Shown here: positions 48,129 to 59,649 of the stretch, piece after piece | How positions within the stretch are numbered: the stretch's first letter is position 1 | Layout of the letters: every line of letters starts with the position of its first letter | From: an uncultured Candidatus Rokubacteria bacterium | Lineage (GTDB): Bacteria > Methylomirabilota > Methylomirabilia > Rokubacteriales > CSP1-6 | Length of the DNA stretch: 64,000 bases | Assembly (NCBI GenBank): GCA_963747235.1 | Contig: CAVVEU010000015.1 | Span: forward strand, 44,664 to 108,663 | Reading direction: 5' to 3' | Notes under the pieces: generated by a model | Seen by the model: only the letters and a program-made list of their open reading frames with translations | What the model was told of the DNA's origin: nothing | Databases searched by the model: none | Made by a program: the position numbers and the translations under genes

Positions 48129-48803
48129 ATGAGAGACGTGAAACGGGTACTGCGATACCGGCTCACGGCGGGAGCGTGCGGGCTCCTGGCCGCCTATCTG
48201 GTCCTGGCGCTCGCCGCGGCGCAGCAACAGTTCCTGCCGCTCGACCGGAGCGTCCGGGCTTGGGTGCAGCCCCTGCGGAGCGGCTGGCTCGACGTGTCGA
48301 TGGAGGCGGTCTCGTTCCTGGGCGAGCCCGCCGGGCTCATCCCGCTGATCCTGATCGTCTCGGCCATTCTGTGGCGCGCGAGCCGACGCTGGGCGCTGCT
48401 CCTGCCCGCGCTCATGGCCGGCACCGGCGTGCTCCAGCTCGCAGGCAAGTGGGCCGCCGATCGGCCGCGTCCGAACGCCGCGCCGTGGGGCTTCCCGAGC
48501 GGCCACGTGCTGAGCCTGGCCGTCTTCTTCGGCATCCTGGCGTTCCTGCTCGTCACGCTGTCCGGGCGACACCGGCGCTGGCGTGTCTCGGCCTGCCTCG
48601 CGTGCGGGGCCGCGGTCGGGCTGGTCGCGGCGAGCCGCATCTACCTGGACATGCACTGGCTCTCCGACGTGATCGGGGGCTTCGCCCTGGGCACCGCCTA
48701 CCTGTTGATCGCGATCGGCGCGGCGCAGGCCCTCGCCCGCCGCGCCGCGACCCACCCGACCGTCACGGTGGCCGAGCCGATCGAGGCCGATCCCCCCGCG
48801 TGA
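48129..48803 (+). CDS. PAP2 family phosphatase
   Basis: K...RPRP, FPSGH, SRIYLDMHWLSDV. Confidence 0.9.
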   Translation: MRDVKRVLRYRLTAGACGLLAAYLVLALAAAQQQFLPLDRSVRAWVQPLRSGWLDVSMEAVSFLGEPAGLIPLILIVSAILWRASRRWALLLPALMAGTGVLQLAGKWAADRPRPNAAPWGFPSGHVLSLAVFFGILAFLLVTLSGRHRRWRVSACLACGAAVGLVAASRIYLDMHWLSDVIGGFALGTAYLLIAIGAAQALARRAATHPTVTVAEPIEADPPA

Positions 48804-49948
48804 CGACGCCGCGCGCCGACGTGGTGGGCAGCCTCCTTCGCCCGGCCTATCTCCGGGAGGCGCGGCAGGGCGCGCGCGAGGGGCGCGTCACCGCCGAGGC
48901 GCTGCGCGCCGCCGAGGACCGCGCGGTCCGGGAGGCCATCGCGCTCCAGGAGGCGGCGGGCCTCGACGTGATCACCGACGGCGAGCTGCGACGCTCCTCC
49001 TGGGTCATCACGATCCCGCTCCGTGAGGAGGGCGCGGCCCGGGCCCCGCTCGCCGGCTTCGAGTTCCTGCCCGCCGAGCCGGGCTGGTGGTCGCTCTGGA
49101 AGGAGCCGGACGGCCGCCGCGCCCAGGTGTGGACCAATCCGACGCGGCCCTTCGTCACCCGGCCGATCGAGGTCGTGCGCGACGTGGTCTCCGACGAGTA
49201 CGCCTTCCTCAAGACCCACGCGCGCGCCCGCACCAAGTTCACGATCCCCTCCCCGAGCTGGCACCGCATCTTCTGGCATCGCGAGTACTCGCGGGCCGCC
49301 TACCCGACCCCGGAGGACTTCCTGCGCGCGATCGCCCGGTACCTGCGCGAGCAGGTGGTGCCGCGCATCGTCGCGCTGGGCGGCGACTACATCCAGATGG
49401 ACGCGCCCAACTACGCCCAGTGGCACGTGGACCGGGACAATCGCGCCGCCTTCGAGTCGTGGGGCCACGACATGGCGGCCGAGCTCGTCGCCGACGCCGA
49501 GATCGACGACAGCGTCTTCGAGGGCGTCCGCGGCGTGACCCGCGCGATCCACATCTGCCGCGGCAACGCGCCGGGTGGGCGCTGGCTCGCCAACGGCGGC
49601 TACGAGTCCATCGCGGCCGAGGTCTTCCCGCGGCTCACCCGCTACGACCGGCTGCTGCTCGAGTACGACACGCCGCGCGCGGGCGACTTCGGCCCGCTCC
49701 GGCACGCGCGCCCGGAGGCGACGGTGGTGCTCGGGCTGCTGACCACCAAGCAAGGCGCCCTCGAGGACGCGGGCGCGGTGGAGACGCGCCTCCGCGAGGC
49801 GGCGCGCCACGTACCGCTGGAGCGCCTGGCGGTGAGCCCGCAGTGCGGCTTCGCCTCCGGCGAGGCGGGCAACCCGCTCACGCCGGAGCAGCAGGAGGCG
49901 AAGCTCCGCCGCGTCGTGACCGTCGCGCGGCGGGTCTGGCCGGGCTAG
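48800..49948 (+). CDS. Cobalamin-independent methionine synthase II family protein
   Basis: VGSLLRP, TDGELRR, HICRGN, LLEYD, SPQCGF zinc ligands. Confidence 0.88.
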   Translation: MTTPRADVVGSLLRPAYLREARQGAREGRVTAEALRAAEDRAVREAIALQEAAGLDVITDGELRRSSWVITIPLREEGAARAPLAGFEFLPAEPGWWSLWKEPDGRRAQVWTNPTRPFVTRPIEVVRDVVSDEYAFLKTHARARTKFTIPSPSWHRIFWHREYSRAAYPTPEDFLRAIARYLREQVVPRIVALGGDYIQMDAPNYAQWHVDRDNRAAFESWGHDMAAELVADAEIDDSVFEGVRGVTRAIHICRGNAPGGRWLANGGYESIAAEVFPRLTRYDRLLLEYDTPRAGDFGPLRHARPEATVVLGLLTTKQGALEDAGAVETRLREAARHVPLERLAVSPQCGFASGEAGNPLTPEQQEAKLRRVVTVARRVWPG

Positions 49949-49964
49949 CTCCGGTCGCCCGCCT

Positions 49965-51559
49965 CTAGTCGGCGGGCACCGCCGCCGCGCGGCGCGTGGC
50001 GCACCGGGGCCGCCTTCGGCGCCGTCGAGTACTTCGCGCACCCGTAGAGCCAGCCCGCCACCAGCAGGTAGGCGAGCGCCACCATCGGGGTGCGGCCGAT
50101 GCCGATCGCCTCGCCGTGCATGAAGCCGAAGAACGTGAGCACCGCGCCCACCGCCGCGAAGGCGGCCGCCTTCGAGAACTCGCGCTCCACGATGAACGCG
50201 CCGATCGCGCCCAGCACGAGGCCGCCCAGGATGGCGCCGCCGCCCAGGATCGCGAGGCCCTCGTAGAGCACGCCGACCTGGCCGAGCTTGTCGAGGCCGA
50301 CCTGGGCCGCGCTGGTGCCCGCCGCGCCCAGCGAGTTGTCGATCAGGAGCTTGCCCCACGCGGCCAGGTTCGGCGTGAGCGCGAGCACGATCGCGGGGGC
50401 GTGCGACTTCGGGCGTCTCCTGGAAGGCCTGCGCCCCGATCAGCATGCCGATGTAGAGCAGGATCGGCGAGATCGCGATGACCGGGATCAGCGCCGACAT
50501 CACCGAGATGATGCCGAACCACGACAGCACGATGACCACGATGCCGGTGGCCGCCGAGTAGCCGATGCGCCCGCCCATCGCCTTCCAGCCCGGGTGGCCG
50601 ATGTAGACCGCGTTGATGAACGGGTTGCCCATCAGGCAGCCGATCAGGCTCACCACGCCGTCGGCGGTCAGCACGCGCGTGGTCGGGAAGCTGTCGCCCG
50701 CCACCGCCGCGCTCTCCACGTTGTCGAGCGCCTCCACCAGGTCGTAGATGCCGAAGGGGATCGCGGTGACCAGGATCACCCCCAGGTACTCGAACCCGCC
50801 GAACACGTGGCCCACCGCGGGCAGCGGCACCGAGAAGCCGAAGTTGGAGACCGACGCGGAGAGCTTCTCCACGCTCATGCCGCCCCAGCCCCCGCCGAAG
50901 GCGGTGGAGAGCCACGCCACCCCGGTGCCCACCGCGATCGCGACCAGGCCCGCGGGCACCCCGTTCCAGTAGCGCACGCCGCCGAACCAGGAGGCCAGGA
51001 TCACCGCGAAGCACAGGATCCCGATCACCGGCGTCATGAACATCTCCATCGCCGGGCGCATCGAGATGAACGCGAGCGAGACGCCCGCGAGGGTGCCGAG
51101 CAGCGCGGCGCGCGGGGTGATGCGCCGGATGACCGGGCCGATGAAGCCGCCCGCCATCAGCACGAAGCTCTGCACGAACACCCAGGTGAGCCCGGCCTCC
51201 CAGCCCTTGATCGGGTCGCCGGTCTTGAGCGCGATCGGCAGCATGATCACGAAGGTGACCACGAACATGTGCGGCACGCTGATGCCGGAGGGCAGCGCGC
51301 ACACGTCGTCGCGCCCGGTCTGCTTCGCGAGGCGGTAGGCGAGCCACGCGTAGTAGAGCGTGCTCAGGCACAGCATGAGCCCGGTGGCGGGCAGGATGCG
51401 GCCGAACACGATCGCGTCCGGCATCTTGAGCACGAAGCGCAGCAGCCCGGTGAGCACCAGCAGGTTCACCAGGATGTTGGTGCCGAACCCGAAGAAGGCG
51501 TTCCAGTCGCCGGGTGTCCACCAGCTCGGGGTCTTCGTCGTCATCGTCGTCGGTGTCAT
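49965..51559 (-). CDS. Nucleobase/urea-derivative permease (NCS2/AzgA-related), frameshifted
   Basis: GDWNAFFG, ALPSGISVPH, NVESA...GD, VYIGHPGWKAMGGRIGYS; many TMs; GGAGG RBS. Confidence 0.8.
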
Positions 51560-52247
51560 CGTCGCGTCCTCCAGGGCGGCCAGCAGCCGCGTCGAATCGG
51601 TCACCCACCCGAAGATCCCGCCCTGGGCCGTGATCATGCGCAGGCCCACCTCGTGGAACTCGGGGAAGTACGAGCCGCAGCAGTCCCCGGGCACGATGCA
51701 CCGGTACCCGCGGTCGTTCGCCTCGCGCACCGTCGTGTGCACGCAGACCTCGGTGGTCACGCCGCACACGATCAGCGTCTCGATGTCGCGGTTCTGGAGG
51801 ATGCCGTGCAGATCGGTGGCGTAGAACGCGCCCTTGCCCGGCTTGTCCACCACCGGCTCGCCCGGCTGCGGGTAGAGCGCGGGCACGATGTCGTGGCCGG
51901 CCTCGCCGCGGATCAGGATGCGGCCCATCGGCCCCGGATCGCCGATGCGCTGGCTCGGGGCGCCGCGCTCCACCTTGGCCGGCGGGGCGTCGGCCATGTC
52001 CGGCCGGTGCCCCTCGCGGGTGTGGACCACCAGCATGCCCACGGTGCGGGCACGGTCGAGCACCGCCTTGCAGGGGCCGATGGCGGCGCTGAGCAGGCCG
52101 ACGTCGTTGCCGAGGCGTCTCCCCGAAGCCGCCCGGCTCGAGGAAGTCCCGCTGCATGTCGATGACCACGAGCGCGGTGCGCGCGAGGTCGACCCGGATC
52201 GGCTCGGGCTCGGCGTCGATGGTGATCACGCCGGTGGCACGAGGCAA
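51556..52247 (-). CDS. Cysteine hydrolase of biuret/triuret hydrolase subfamily (TrtA-like), frameshift near 52115
   Basis: IDMQRDF, GGFGETLGND, HTREGH, DKPGKGAF, GVTTEVCV, SYFPEFH, AQGGIFG. Confidence 0.85.
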
Positions 52248-52387
52248 GAAGCAGACCAGCGCGCGCCGGCGGACGCGGCGGAGGCGACTAGCGTGGAATC
52301 AGGCGCTTGACCGTCGAGGCGGGCGCGGCGTCAGGCGCCGGTGCCGCGGACACGCTGCGGAAAGAATGAGCAGTGCGCGCGGGCGAG

Positions 52388-53458
52388 TCAGCGCGCCGCG
52401 GCGGCGGACTGGGCGATGCCCCCGCGCACCGCGCCACCCTTGATGCTGCCCCAGAGCGTCTCGAAGCCCTCGGGGAGCGGGCGGCTGTTGGGCGGGGCCA
52501 GCCAGAGGCGCATGAGCAGCCGGTCGCGGCCGGGCTCGGGAGCGTCCTCGTAGGCGGTGCGGCCGTGGTAGATCACGTGGTTGTTCAGGAGCTGGACGTC
52601 GCCGGGCTCGAGCTCCATCTCGTAGCCCAGCTCGTCGCAGACCGCGGCCAGCAGGTCGAGCGCCTCGTCCTGGGCCGGGGTCATCCGCGGGATCGTGGCG
52701 ATCTTCTGCGCCGCCTCCACGAAGGTGCGCGAGTACTGGGTGGTGAACTTGCCCTCGCGCATCGCGAAGATGGGCATCGCGTAGATCGACGCCTCCCCGC
52801 CCGCTTCCTCGCCCTGGCGGGTGCGGTAGTAGTCGGAGCAGAGCAGCGCGTGCAGATCCGGCCGCCGCTCGAGGATCGCGTTGCTCACCGCGGGGACGCT
52901 CACCACGCGGCTCGTGCCGCCCTGCCGGGCCGAGCGCACGCAGAGCAGCCCGACCACGTCGCAGCGGTCGGTGTGCCAGCGCAGCGGCCCGCTCGAGCGC
53001 GCCTTGGCGCGCGAGGTGACGCCCTCGCCCTTGGGCACCGCGGGCTGCACGACTTCACCGTAGAGCCGGACCTCGTCGCGCACCACGCCGATCAGCTCAC
53101 CGTGGGCGTTCTGATGCACCGCCGTGCCCAGGTGGCAGCCGAGCCCCCACCAGATCGCGCGCAGCTCGTCGTCCGAATAGCGCTCCACCGGCAGCCCGCG
53201 CAGGAGGACGAGGCCGCGCCCCCACTCGAGATCGCGATTGACCTGGGCCAGCTCGGCCGAGACGCCGGGCAGCGGGAAGTCCTTCTTCCTGATGTCCTGC
53301 CACTCGAGGCCGCGCGCCTGGACCGCCCGCAGGGCCGCGTCGATCTCGTCCACCGCGGCCGCCGAGAGGCGGCGAATCCAGTCGGTCGAGCCGGCCAGCT
53401 CCCGGCCGTGCCACACCATCGGCCCCACGATCGGCTTGTCCATCCGCGGCCGTGTCAT
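52388..53458 (-). CDS. TauD/TfdA family Fe(II)/2-oxoglutarate dioxygenase
   Basis: WHTD HxD motif, LNNHVIYHGR, RLLMRLW. Confidence 0.9.
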   Translation of the reverse strand: MTRPRMDKPIVGPMVWHGRELAGSTDWIRRLSAAAVDEIDAALRAVQARGLEWQDIRKKDFPLPGVSAELAQVNRDLEWGRGLVLLRGLPVERYSDDELRAIWWGLGCHLGTAVHQNAHGELIGVVRDEVRLYGEVVQPAVPKGEGVTSRAKARSSGPLRWHTDRCDVVGLLCVRSARQGGTSRVVSVPAVSNAILERRPDLHALLCSDYYRTRQGEEAGGEASIYAMPIFAMREGKFTTQYSRTFVEAAQKIATIPRMTPAQDEALDLLAAVCDELGYEMELEPGDVQLLNNHVIYHGRTAYEDAPEPGRDRLLMRLWLAPPNSRPLPEGFETLWGSIKGGAVRGGIAQSAAAAR

Positions 53459-53522
53459 GGGAGCAAGGCTAGCCGAGGCGGCCTCGCGTCCGCAAGCCGG
53501 GGTGGATTAGAATCGCTCCGTC

Positions 53523-54416
53523 ATGGCCGGGCCGCGCGGCGGGCTCGTGATCGGAGTGCTGGCGGCGCTGCTCATCGGCTGCGCCGGTCCGGCCTCGGAT
53601 CGCTTCATGCTCACGACCGCGCCCAACGGCGCGCGGGAGGAGATCCCGGTCACGATCGGCCGGCCCGAGGGCCCGGGGCCATTCCCCGCGGTGGTCATCA
53701 TGCACGACTGCAGCGGGCTGGGGCCCCGGTCCAGCGGCGCCCCCGGGCGCTGGGCCCGGGAGCTGAGCGCTCGCGGCTACGTCACCGTGATCCCCGACAG
53801 CTTCACCACCCGGGGCCATCCGGACGGCGTCTGCACCGACGCCTCGCCGAGCCGCGGCGAGGTGGCGCCGAGCCGGCGGGTCCGCGACGCCTACGCGGCG
53901 CTCGCCCACGCCCGCGCGCTCCCGTACGTGGACGGCCGGCGCGTCGGCCTGATGGGCGGCTCGCACGGCGGCTCGACCACGCTCGCCTCGATGGCCGCGC
54001 CGGAGACCGCCTGGGACCTGCTCGGCCGGGACAAGCGCGCGGGCTTTGCCGCGGCGGTGGCGCTCTATCCGGGCTGCGGGACCACGCTCGGCGCCTGGCG
54101 CGCCGACGGCACCGGGACCTACCGGCCGGTGGCCCCGCTGCTGATCCTGATCGGCGAGAAAGACGACTGGACGCCGGCCGCGCCCTGCGTGAAGCTGGCG
54201 GCGTCCACGCGGGCGACGGAGCATCCGGCGACGATCACGGTCTACCCGGGCGCGCATCATTCCTTCGACAGCGACCGGCCCGTTCGCTTCGTGGCCGCCC
54301 GGGTGAACAGCAGCGCGCCCGGCGGGCGCGGCGCCACCACCGGCGGTGACGCCGCCGCGTGGGCCGACAGCATCCGACGAGTCGCCGAGTTCTTCGGGGC
54401 GCATCTCAGGCCGTAA
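53523..54416 (+). CDS. Dienelactone hydrolase family lipoprotein
   Basis: Lipobox LIGC, MHDCSG, GGSHGG, GEKDDW, AHHSFD. Confidence 0.88.
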   Translation: MAGPRGGLVIGVLAALLIGCAGPASDRFMLTTAPNGAREEIPVTIGRPEGPGPFPAVVIMHDCSGLGPRSSGAPGRWARELSARGYVTVIPDSFTTRGHPDGVCTDASPSRGEVAPSRRVRDAYAALAHARALPYVDGRRVGLMGGSHGGSTTLASMAAPETAWDLLGRDKRAGFAAAVALYPGCGTTLGAWRADGTGTYRPVAPLLILIGEKDDWTPAAPCVKLAASTRATEHPATITVYPGAHHSFDSDRPVRFVAARVNSSAPGGRGATTGGDAAAWADSIRRVAEFFGAHLRP

Positions 54417-54429
54417 AGAGGAGAGACCG

Positions 54430-56792
54430 GTGGCCACTTCCGGGTCCGCGCGCTGGGCATGGCTGGTCGCCTTGGCGGTGGCCTATGCCCTCACCGGCAA
54501 GCTCGGGCTGCTCTTCGCCTCCGTCCACGCCAGCGCGACCGCCGTCTGGCCCCCCACCGGCATCGCCCTCGCCGCGCTGCTCATCCTGGGCGTCCGGATG
54601 TGGCCGGCGGTGGCGGCCGGGGCCTTCCTCGTCAACGTGACCACCGCGGGCACGGTCCTGACCTCGCTCGGCATCGCGCTGGGCAACACGCTCGAGGCCG
54701 TGATCGGCGCCTGGCTCGTCGGCCACTTCGCCGGCGGCCGCGGGGCCTTCGAGCGGCCGCGCGGGATCTTCGCCTTCGCGGCCGCCGTCGTGCCGGGCGC
54801 GGCGGTGGCCGCGACGGTCGGCGTCGCGAGCCTCGTGCTCGGCGGCTACGCGCCGCGCGCCGACGCGGCCGCGATCTGGATCACGTGGGCCCTCGGCGAC
54901 ATCACCGGGGCGCTCATCGTCGCGCCGCTCCTGATCCTGTGGACGGCGGACCATCGCTCCCTGGCCCTGCGCGCCCAGCCGATCGAGGCCCTCGCGCTGC
55001 TCCTGGGCGTGGTGGGCGTCGCCCTGATCGTCTTCGGCGGGCTGGCTCCGGCCGCCTGGCGCCACTACCCGCTGGCGTTCCTGGCGATCCCGCCCCTGCT
55101 GTGGGCCGCGGTCCGCTTCGGCCGCCGCGAGGCCGCGACCGCGGTGGTCGTGCTCATGGCGATCGCGGTGGGCGGCACGATGCGGGGGTTCGGGCCGTTC
55201 GCGGCCCTGCCGCCCACCCACTCGCTGCTCGTGCTGCAGTCGTTCGTCGCCACGATGGCGCTCATGACCCTGGTCGTGGCCGCGCTGGTCCGGAGCCGCG
55301 AGCGGGAGCACAGCCTGCTCCAGGCGATCATCGACCGGATTCCGGTGATGATCACGATGTACGAGGCCAACACCCGCGTCCTGCGGCTGAACCGGGAGTT
55401 CGAGCGCCTCACCGGCTGGTCCACCGCCGCCGCGCGCGGCGTGGACCTGATGGAGCGCTGCTACCCGGACCCGGCCTACCGCGCCGAGATCCGCGCGTAC
55501 ATGGACTCGGGGCGGGAGGGCTGGCGCGACGTCGCGATGACGACGCGGGACGGTCGCGTGCTGCAGACCTCGTGGTCGAACATCCAGCTCCCGGACGACA
55601 CCCGCATCGGCATCGGGCTCGACGTGACGGAGCGCCGGCGGACCGAGGCGGACCGCGAGCGCGCGCGGGCGGACGCCGAGGAGGCGAGCCGGATCAAGGA
55701 CGAGTTCTTCGCGATGCTCGGCCACGAGCTCCGCAATCCCCTGGGCGCGATCACGACGGCGCTGCACGTGATCGACACCGGCGCCCGGGCGACGAGCGCA
55801 GCGCGCAGGCCCGCGAGATCGTCGCGCGGCAGGTGCGCCACCTCGTCCGGCTCGTGGACGACCTGCTCGACGTGACCCGGCTCGCCACCGGCAAGATCAC
55901 GCTCGGCCGGCGCCCGGTGGACCTGGCCGCGGTCGCGCGCCGCGTGGTGGCCGGGCTGGCCGCGACCACGCCGACGCGGTACCTGCGCTGCGAGGCGGAC
56001 GGACCGGCGTGGATCGAGGCCGACGAGACCCGGCTCGAGCAGATCCTCAACAACCTCCTCGGCAACGCGGTGAAGTTCACGCCGGCGGGCGGGCGGGTGA
56101 CGGTCGCCGTCGCGGTCCGGGACGACCAGGCCGAGCTCTCCGTGGCGGACACGGGTGCCGGGATCCCCGCCGATCTCCTGCCCCGGATCTTCGACCTGTT
56201 CGTGCAGGGCCAGACCGGGCTCTACCGGCCGGCGACCGGGCTCGGCATCGGCCTCACCCTGGTGAAGCGGCTCGTGGACCTGCACGGCGGGCGCATCGAG
56301 GCGGCGAGCGACGGGCCCGGCCAGGGCAGCGTGTTCACGGTGCACTTCCCGCTCCGCCCGGCTCCCCGTGAAGCGGCGCACACCGCGCCCGTTCCGGGCG
56401 GCGCCCGGGTCCGGCGCCGGGTGCTCATCGTCGAGGACAATGACGACGCCCGGGCCATGCTGCGGCACCTGCTGGAGCAGATCGGGCACGAGGTGCACGA
56501 GGCCGCCGACGGCCTCGACGGGCTCGAGCGGGCCTTCGCCCTCGAGCCCGACGCGGCGGTGATCGACATCGGCCTGCCCGGGCTCGACGGCTACGAGGTG
56601 GCCCGGCGCGTTCGGGCCGGCGGCCGGACACGCGTGCTCCTGATCGCGGTCACCGGCTACGGGCAGGCCGGCGACCGGCAGCGCTCGGGCGCGGCCGGCT
56701 TCGACGCCCATCTGACGAAGCCGGTGGATCCGGTCGCCCTCGAGGCCCTGCTGGTGAACCTGCCACTTGACCCCCGACGGACGGGCCGCTAG
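54430..56792 (+). CDS. Hybrid histidine kinase (MASE1-PAS-HisKA-HATPase-REC), frameshift near 55785
   Basis: VWPPTGI MASE1, HELRNPL, NLLGNAVKF, DTGAGI, GLGIGL, IVEDN..DIGLP..KP. Confidence 0.9.
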
Positions 56793-56795
56793 GCT
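56767..56795 (+). promoter_or_regulatory. Putative sigma70 promoter (near-leaderless)
   Basis: TTGACC-N17-TAGGCT, 9 nt before ATG 56805. Confidence 0.5.
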
Positions 56796-56804
56796 CACCT
56801 GACC

Positions 56805-58387
56805 ATGCTCTCGACCAGCCCCCGCGTGACCATTCCGGACGTGACCATCACCGACTACGTGCTGCGCCATGCGGCGCGGCTCGGCGACAAGCCCGCGCTG
56901 ATCGACGGGCCCACCGGCCGCACCCTCACCTATCGCCAGCTCGTGGACGGCGCGCGGCGCACGGCGGCCGGGCTGGCCAAGCGGGGCTTCGGCAAGGGCG
57001 ACGTGCTCGCGATCTACTGCCCGAACCTCCCCGAGTACGCCATCGTCTTCCTCGGCGTCGCGATGGCCGGCGGCGTCAACACCACCGTGAACCCGCTCTA
57101 CACCGCGGACGAGCTGGCCAACCAGCTCCGGGACTCGGGCGCGCGCTTCCTCGTCACGGTAGCGCCCTTCCTCGAGAAGGCGAAGGAGGGCGCGGCCAAG
57201 AGCCCGTCGAGGAGATCTTCGTCCTGGGCGCCGCCGACGGCGCCCGGCCCTTCACCGATCTCATGCAGGCGGGCGATCAGCCGCCCGCGGTCACGATGAA
57301 CCCGGCGGAGGATCTCGTCGCGCTGCCGTACTCGAGCGGCACCACCGGCCTGCCCAAGGGCGTGATGCTGACGCACCGCAACCTGGTCGCCAATCTCTGC
57401 CAGGCCGAGGGCATGCGGAACTTCGAGTGCTTCGGCGAGCAGGACGTCACGATCGCGGTGCTGCCGTTCTTCCACATCTACGGCATGGTCGTGATCATGA
57501 TGCTCGGCCTGGCCGGCGGCGGCACCATCCTGGTCATGCCGCGCTTCGACATGATGGAGTTCCTCGCGCTGGTGCAGAAGTACCGCGTGACGATCCTGCC
57601 GCTGGTGCCGCCCATCGTGCTCGGCCTCGTGAAGCACCCGGCGGTGGCCCAGTTCGATCTCTCGAGCGTGCGCCTGACCTTCTCGGGCGCGGCGCCCCTC
57701 GGCGAGGAGATCGCCCGCGCGCTCAGTCAGAAGCTCGGCTGCCCGGTCGTCCAGGGCTACGGCATGACCGAGGCGAGCCCGGTCACCCACCTGAGCCCCA
57801 CGCACGACGAGCCCTTCAAGCCGGGCTCGGCGGGCAAGATCGTGCCCAACACCGAGGTGAAGATCGTCGAGGTGGGCTCGGGATCGGACGCGGAGCTGCC
57901 GGTCGGCAAGGAGGGCGAGCTCTGGATCCGCGGCCCCCAGATCATGAAGGGCTATCTCAACCGCCCCGAGGAGACCGCGGACTGCCTCGACCGCGACGGC
58001 TGGTACCACACCGGCGACGTGGGCTTCGTGGACAACGAGGGCTTCTTCTTCATCGTGGATCGCACCAAGGAGCTGATCAAGTACAAGGGCCTGCAGGTGG
58101 CCCCCGCCGAGCTGGAGGCGCTGCTGCTCACGCATCCCGCCATCCTGGACGCGGCGGTAGTGCGCAAGGCGGACGAGGAAGCCGGCGAGGTGCCGAAGGC
58201 CTACGTGGTGCTCAAGGCCGACGACGTCTCGAAAGCCACGCCCGCGGACGCCATCATGGGCTGGGTCGCGCAACGGGTCGCCCCGCACAAGCGCATCCGC
58301 CACCTCGAGTTCATCGACCAGATCCCGAAGTCGGCCTCCGGCAAGATCCTGCGCCGGGTCCTGATCGACCGCGAGAAGTCGCGCTAG
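56805..58387 (+). CDS. 4-coumarate-CoA ligase family acyl-CoA synthetase (frameshift near 57205)
   Basis: PYSSGTTGLPKG, LPFFHIYG, QGYGMTE, HTGD, DRTKELIKYKG, PKSASGKILR. Confidence 0.9.
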
Positions 58388-58447
58388 GCGCGGGCGCGCC
58401 CGGCGTGGTCCGGCGCCGCGTGGTATAACTCCGCCAGGAGGCCACTC

Positions 58448-59563
58448 ATGACGACCCCGCTCCGCTCGCTCGCCTCAGCCGCGCTGCTGGCCGTGCTCAC
58501 GCTGTCGGGAGGCGGCGTGCCCGCCGCCTCGGCCGCGGACCCGATCCACATCGGGCTCAGCGCGCCGCTCACCGGCAACTTCGCGGAGTACGGGCAGCTC
58601 TTCCAGAAGGCGATCGACCTCGCGGTCGAGTGGATCAATGCGGGCGGCGGCGTGCAGGGCCGGCCCCTCGTGATCGTGGTCGGCGACAGCCGCGCCGATC
58701 CCAAGGAGGCGGCCGCGCTGGCTCAGAAGTTCACCTCCGATCCGAAGATCGTGGCCGAGATCGGCGACTTCAGCAGCACCGCGTGCCTGGCCGCCCAGCC
58801 GATCTACGACCGCGCGGGGATGGTCCAGCTCTCCCCGACCGCGTCGCACCCCGGCTTCGCGCCGGGCAGCCCGTGGAGCTTCGGCATCGTGGGCACCCAG
58901 GCGGGCGAGGGGCCGTTCATGGCGCGCTACGCGGTGCAGAAGCTCGGCAAGAAGAAGATCGCGGTGCTCTACATCAACAACGACTGGGGCATCGTGAGCA
59001 AGGAGCTCTTCGTGAAGGCGGCGAAGGAGATGGGCGCCGACGTGATCGCGGTCGAGTCCTACTTCGAGACCGACAAGGACTTCACCGGCGTGCTCACCAA
59101 GCTGCGCGGCCAGAAGCCGGACCTGCTCTACATCCCGTCCTTCTACAACGAGGCCGCCCTCATCAACAAGCAGCGCGAGAAGCTCGGCTGGTCCGACGTG
59201 ACCATGATGGGGCCCGGCTCGCTCTACTCGCCCAAGCTGCTCGAGATCGGCGGGGACTCGGTCAACGGGCTCTACACCAGCGCCGCCTTCTTCCCCGAGG
59301 ACCCGCAGCCCGAGGTGCAGAAGTTCGTGAAGGGCTTCGAGGCCAAGTACAAGGCCACGCCGAACATGTTCGCGGCGGTGGCCTACGACGCGGTCAACCT
59401 TCTCGCGTTCGTCATGGCGAAGGCCGGCACCGACCGCAAGGCGATCCGCGACGAGCTGGTGAAGGTCCGCGACTACCCGGGCGTGACCGGCAAGATCACG
59501 TTCACCGAGCGGCGCGACGTCAAGCGTGACTATCACGACCTCACCGCCAGAAACTGGTTCTGA
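58448..59563 (+). CDS. Branched-chain amino acid ABC transporter substrate-binding protein
   Basis: IGLSAPLTG, INAGGGVQG, YDAV, PGVTGKITF; 3' end degraded. Confidence 0.88.
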   Translation: MTTPLRSLASAALLAVLTLSGGGVPAASAADPIHIGLSAPLTGNFAEYGQLFQKAIDLAVEWINAGGGVQGRPLVIVVGDSRADPKEAAALAQKFTSDPKIVAEIGDFSSTACLAAQPIYDRAGMVQLSPTASHPGFAPGSPWSFGIVGTQAGEGPFMARYAVQKLGKKKIAVLYINNDWGIVSKELFVKAAKEMGADVIAVESYFETDKDFTGVLTKLRGQKPDLLYIPSFYNEAALINKQREKLGWSDVTMMGPGSLYSPKLLEIGGDSVNGLYTSAAFFPEDPQPEVQKFVKGFEAKYKATPNMFAAVAYDAVNLLAFVMAKAGTDRKAIRDELVKVRDYPGVTGKITFTERRDVKRDYHDLTARNWF

Positions 59564-59649
59564 TCGAGAAGAGCATCCGGATGACCGACACGGCGGGAGG
59601 GGAGCGCCCCCTCCCGCCCTGACAAGTGGACGCCCGCACAGGGAAGGCC

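Noticed and set aside
49965-52063. In-frame hydrolase-permease fusion
   Set aside because: A GGAGG RBS and an ATGA overlap at 51556-51559 indicate two coupled genes joined by an indel. Reads would be needed to exclude a real fusion fully.
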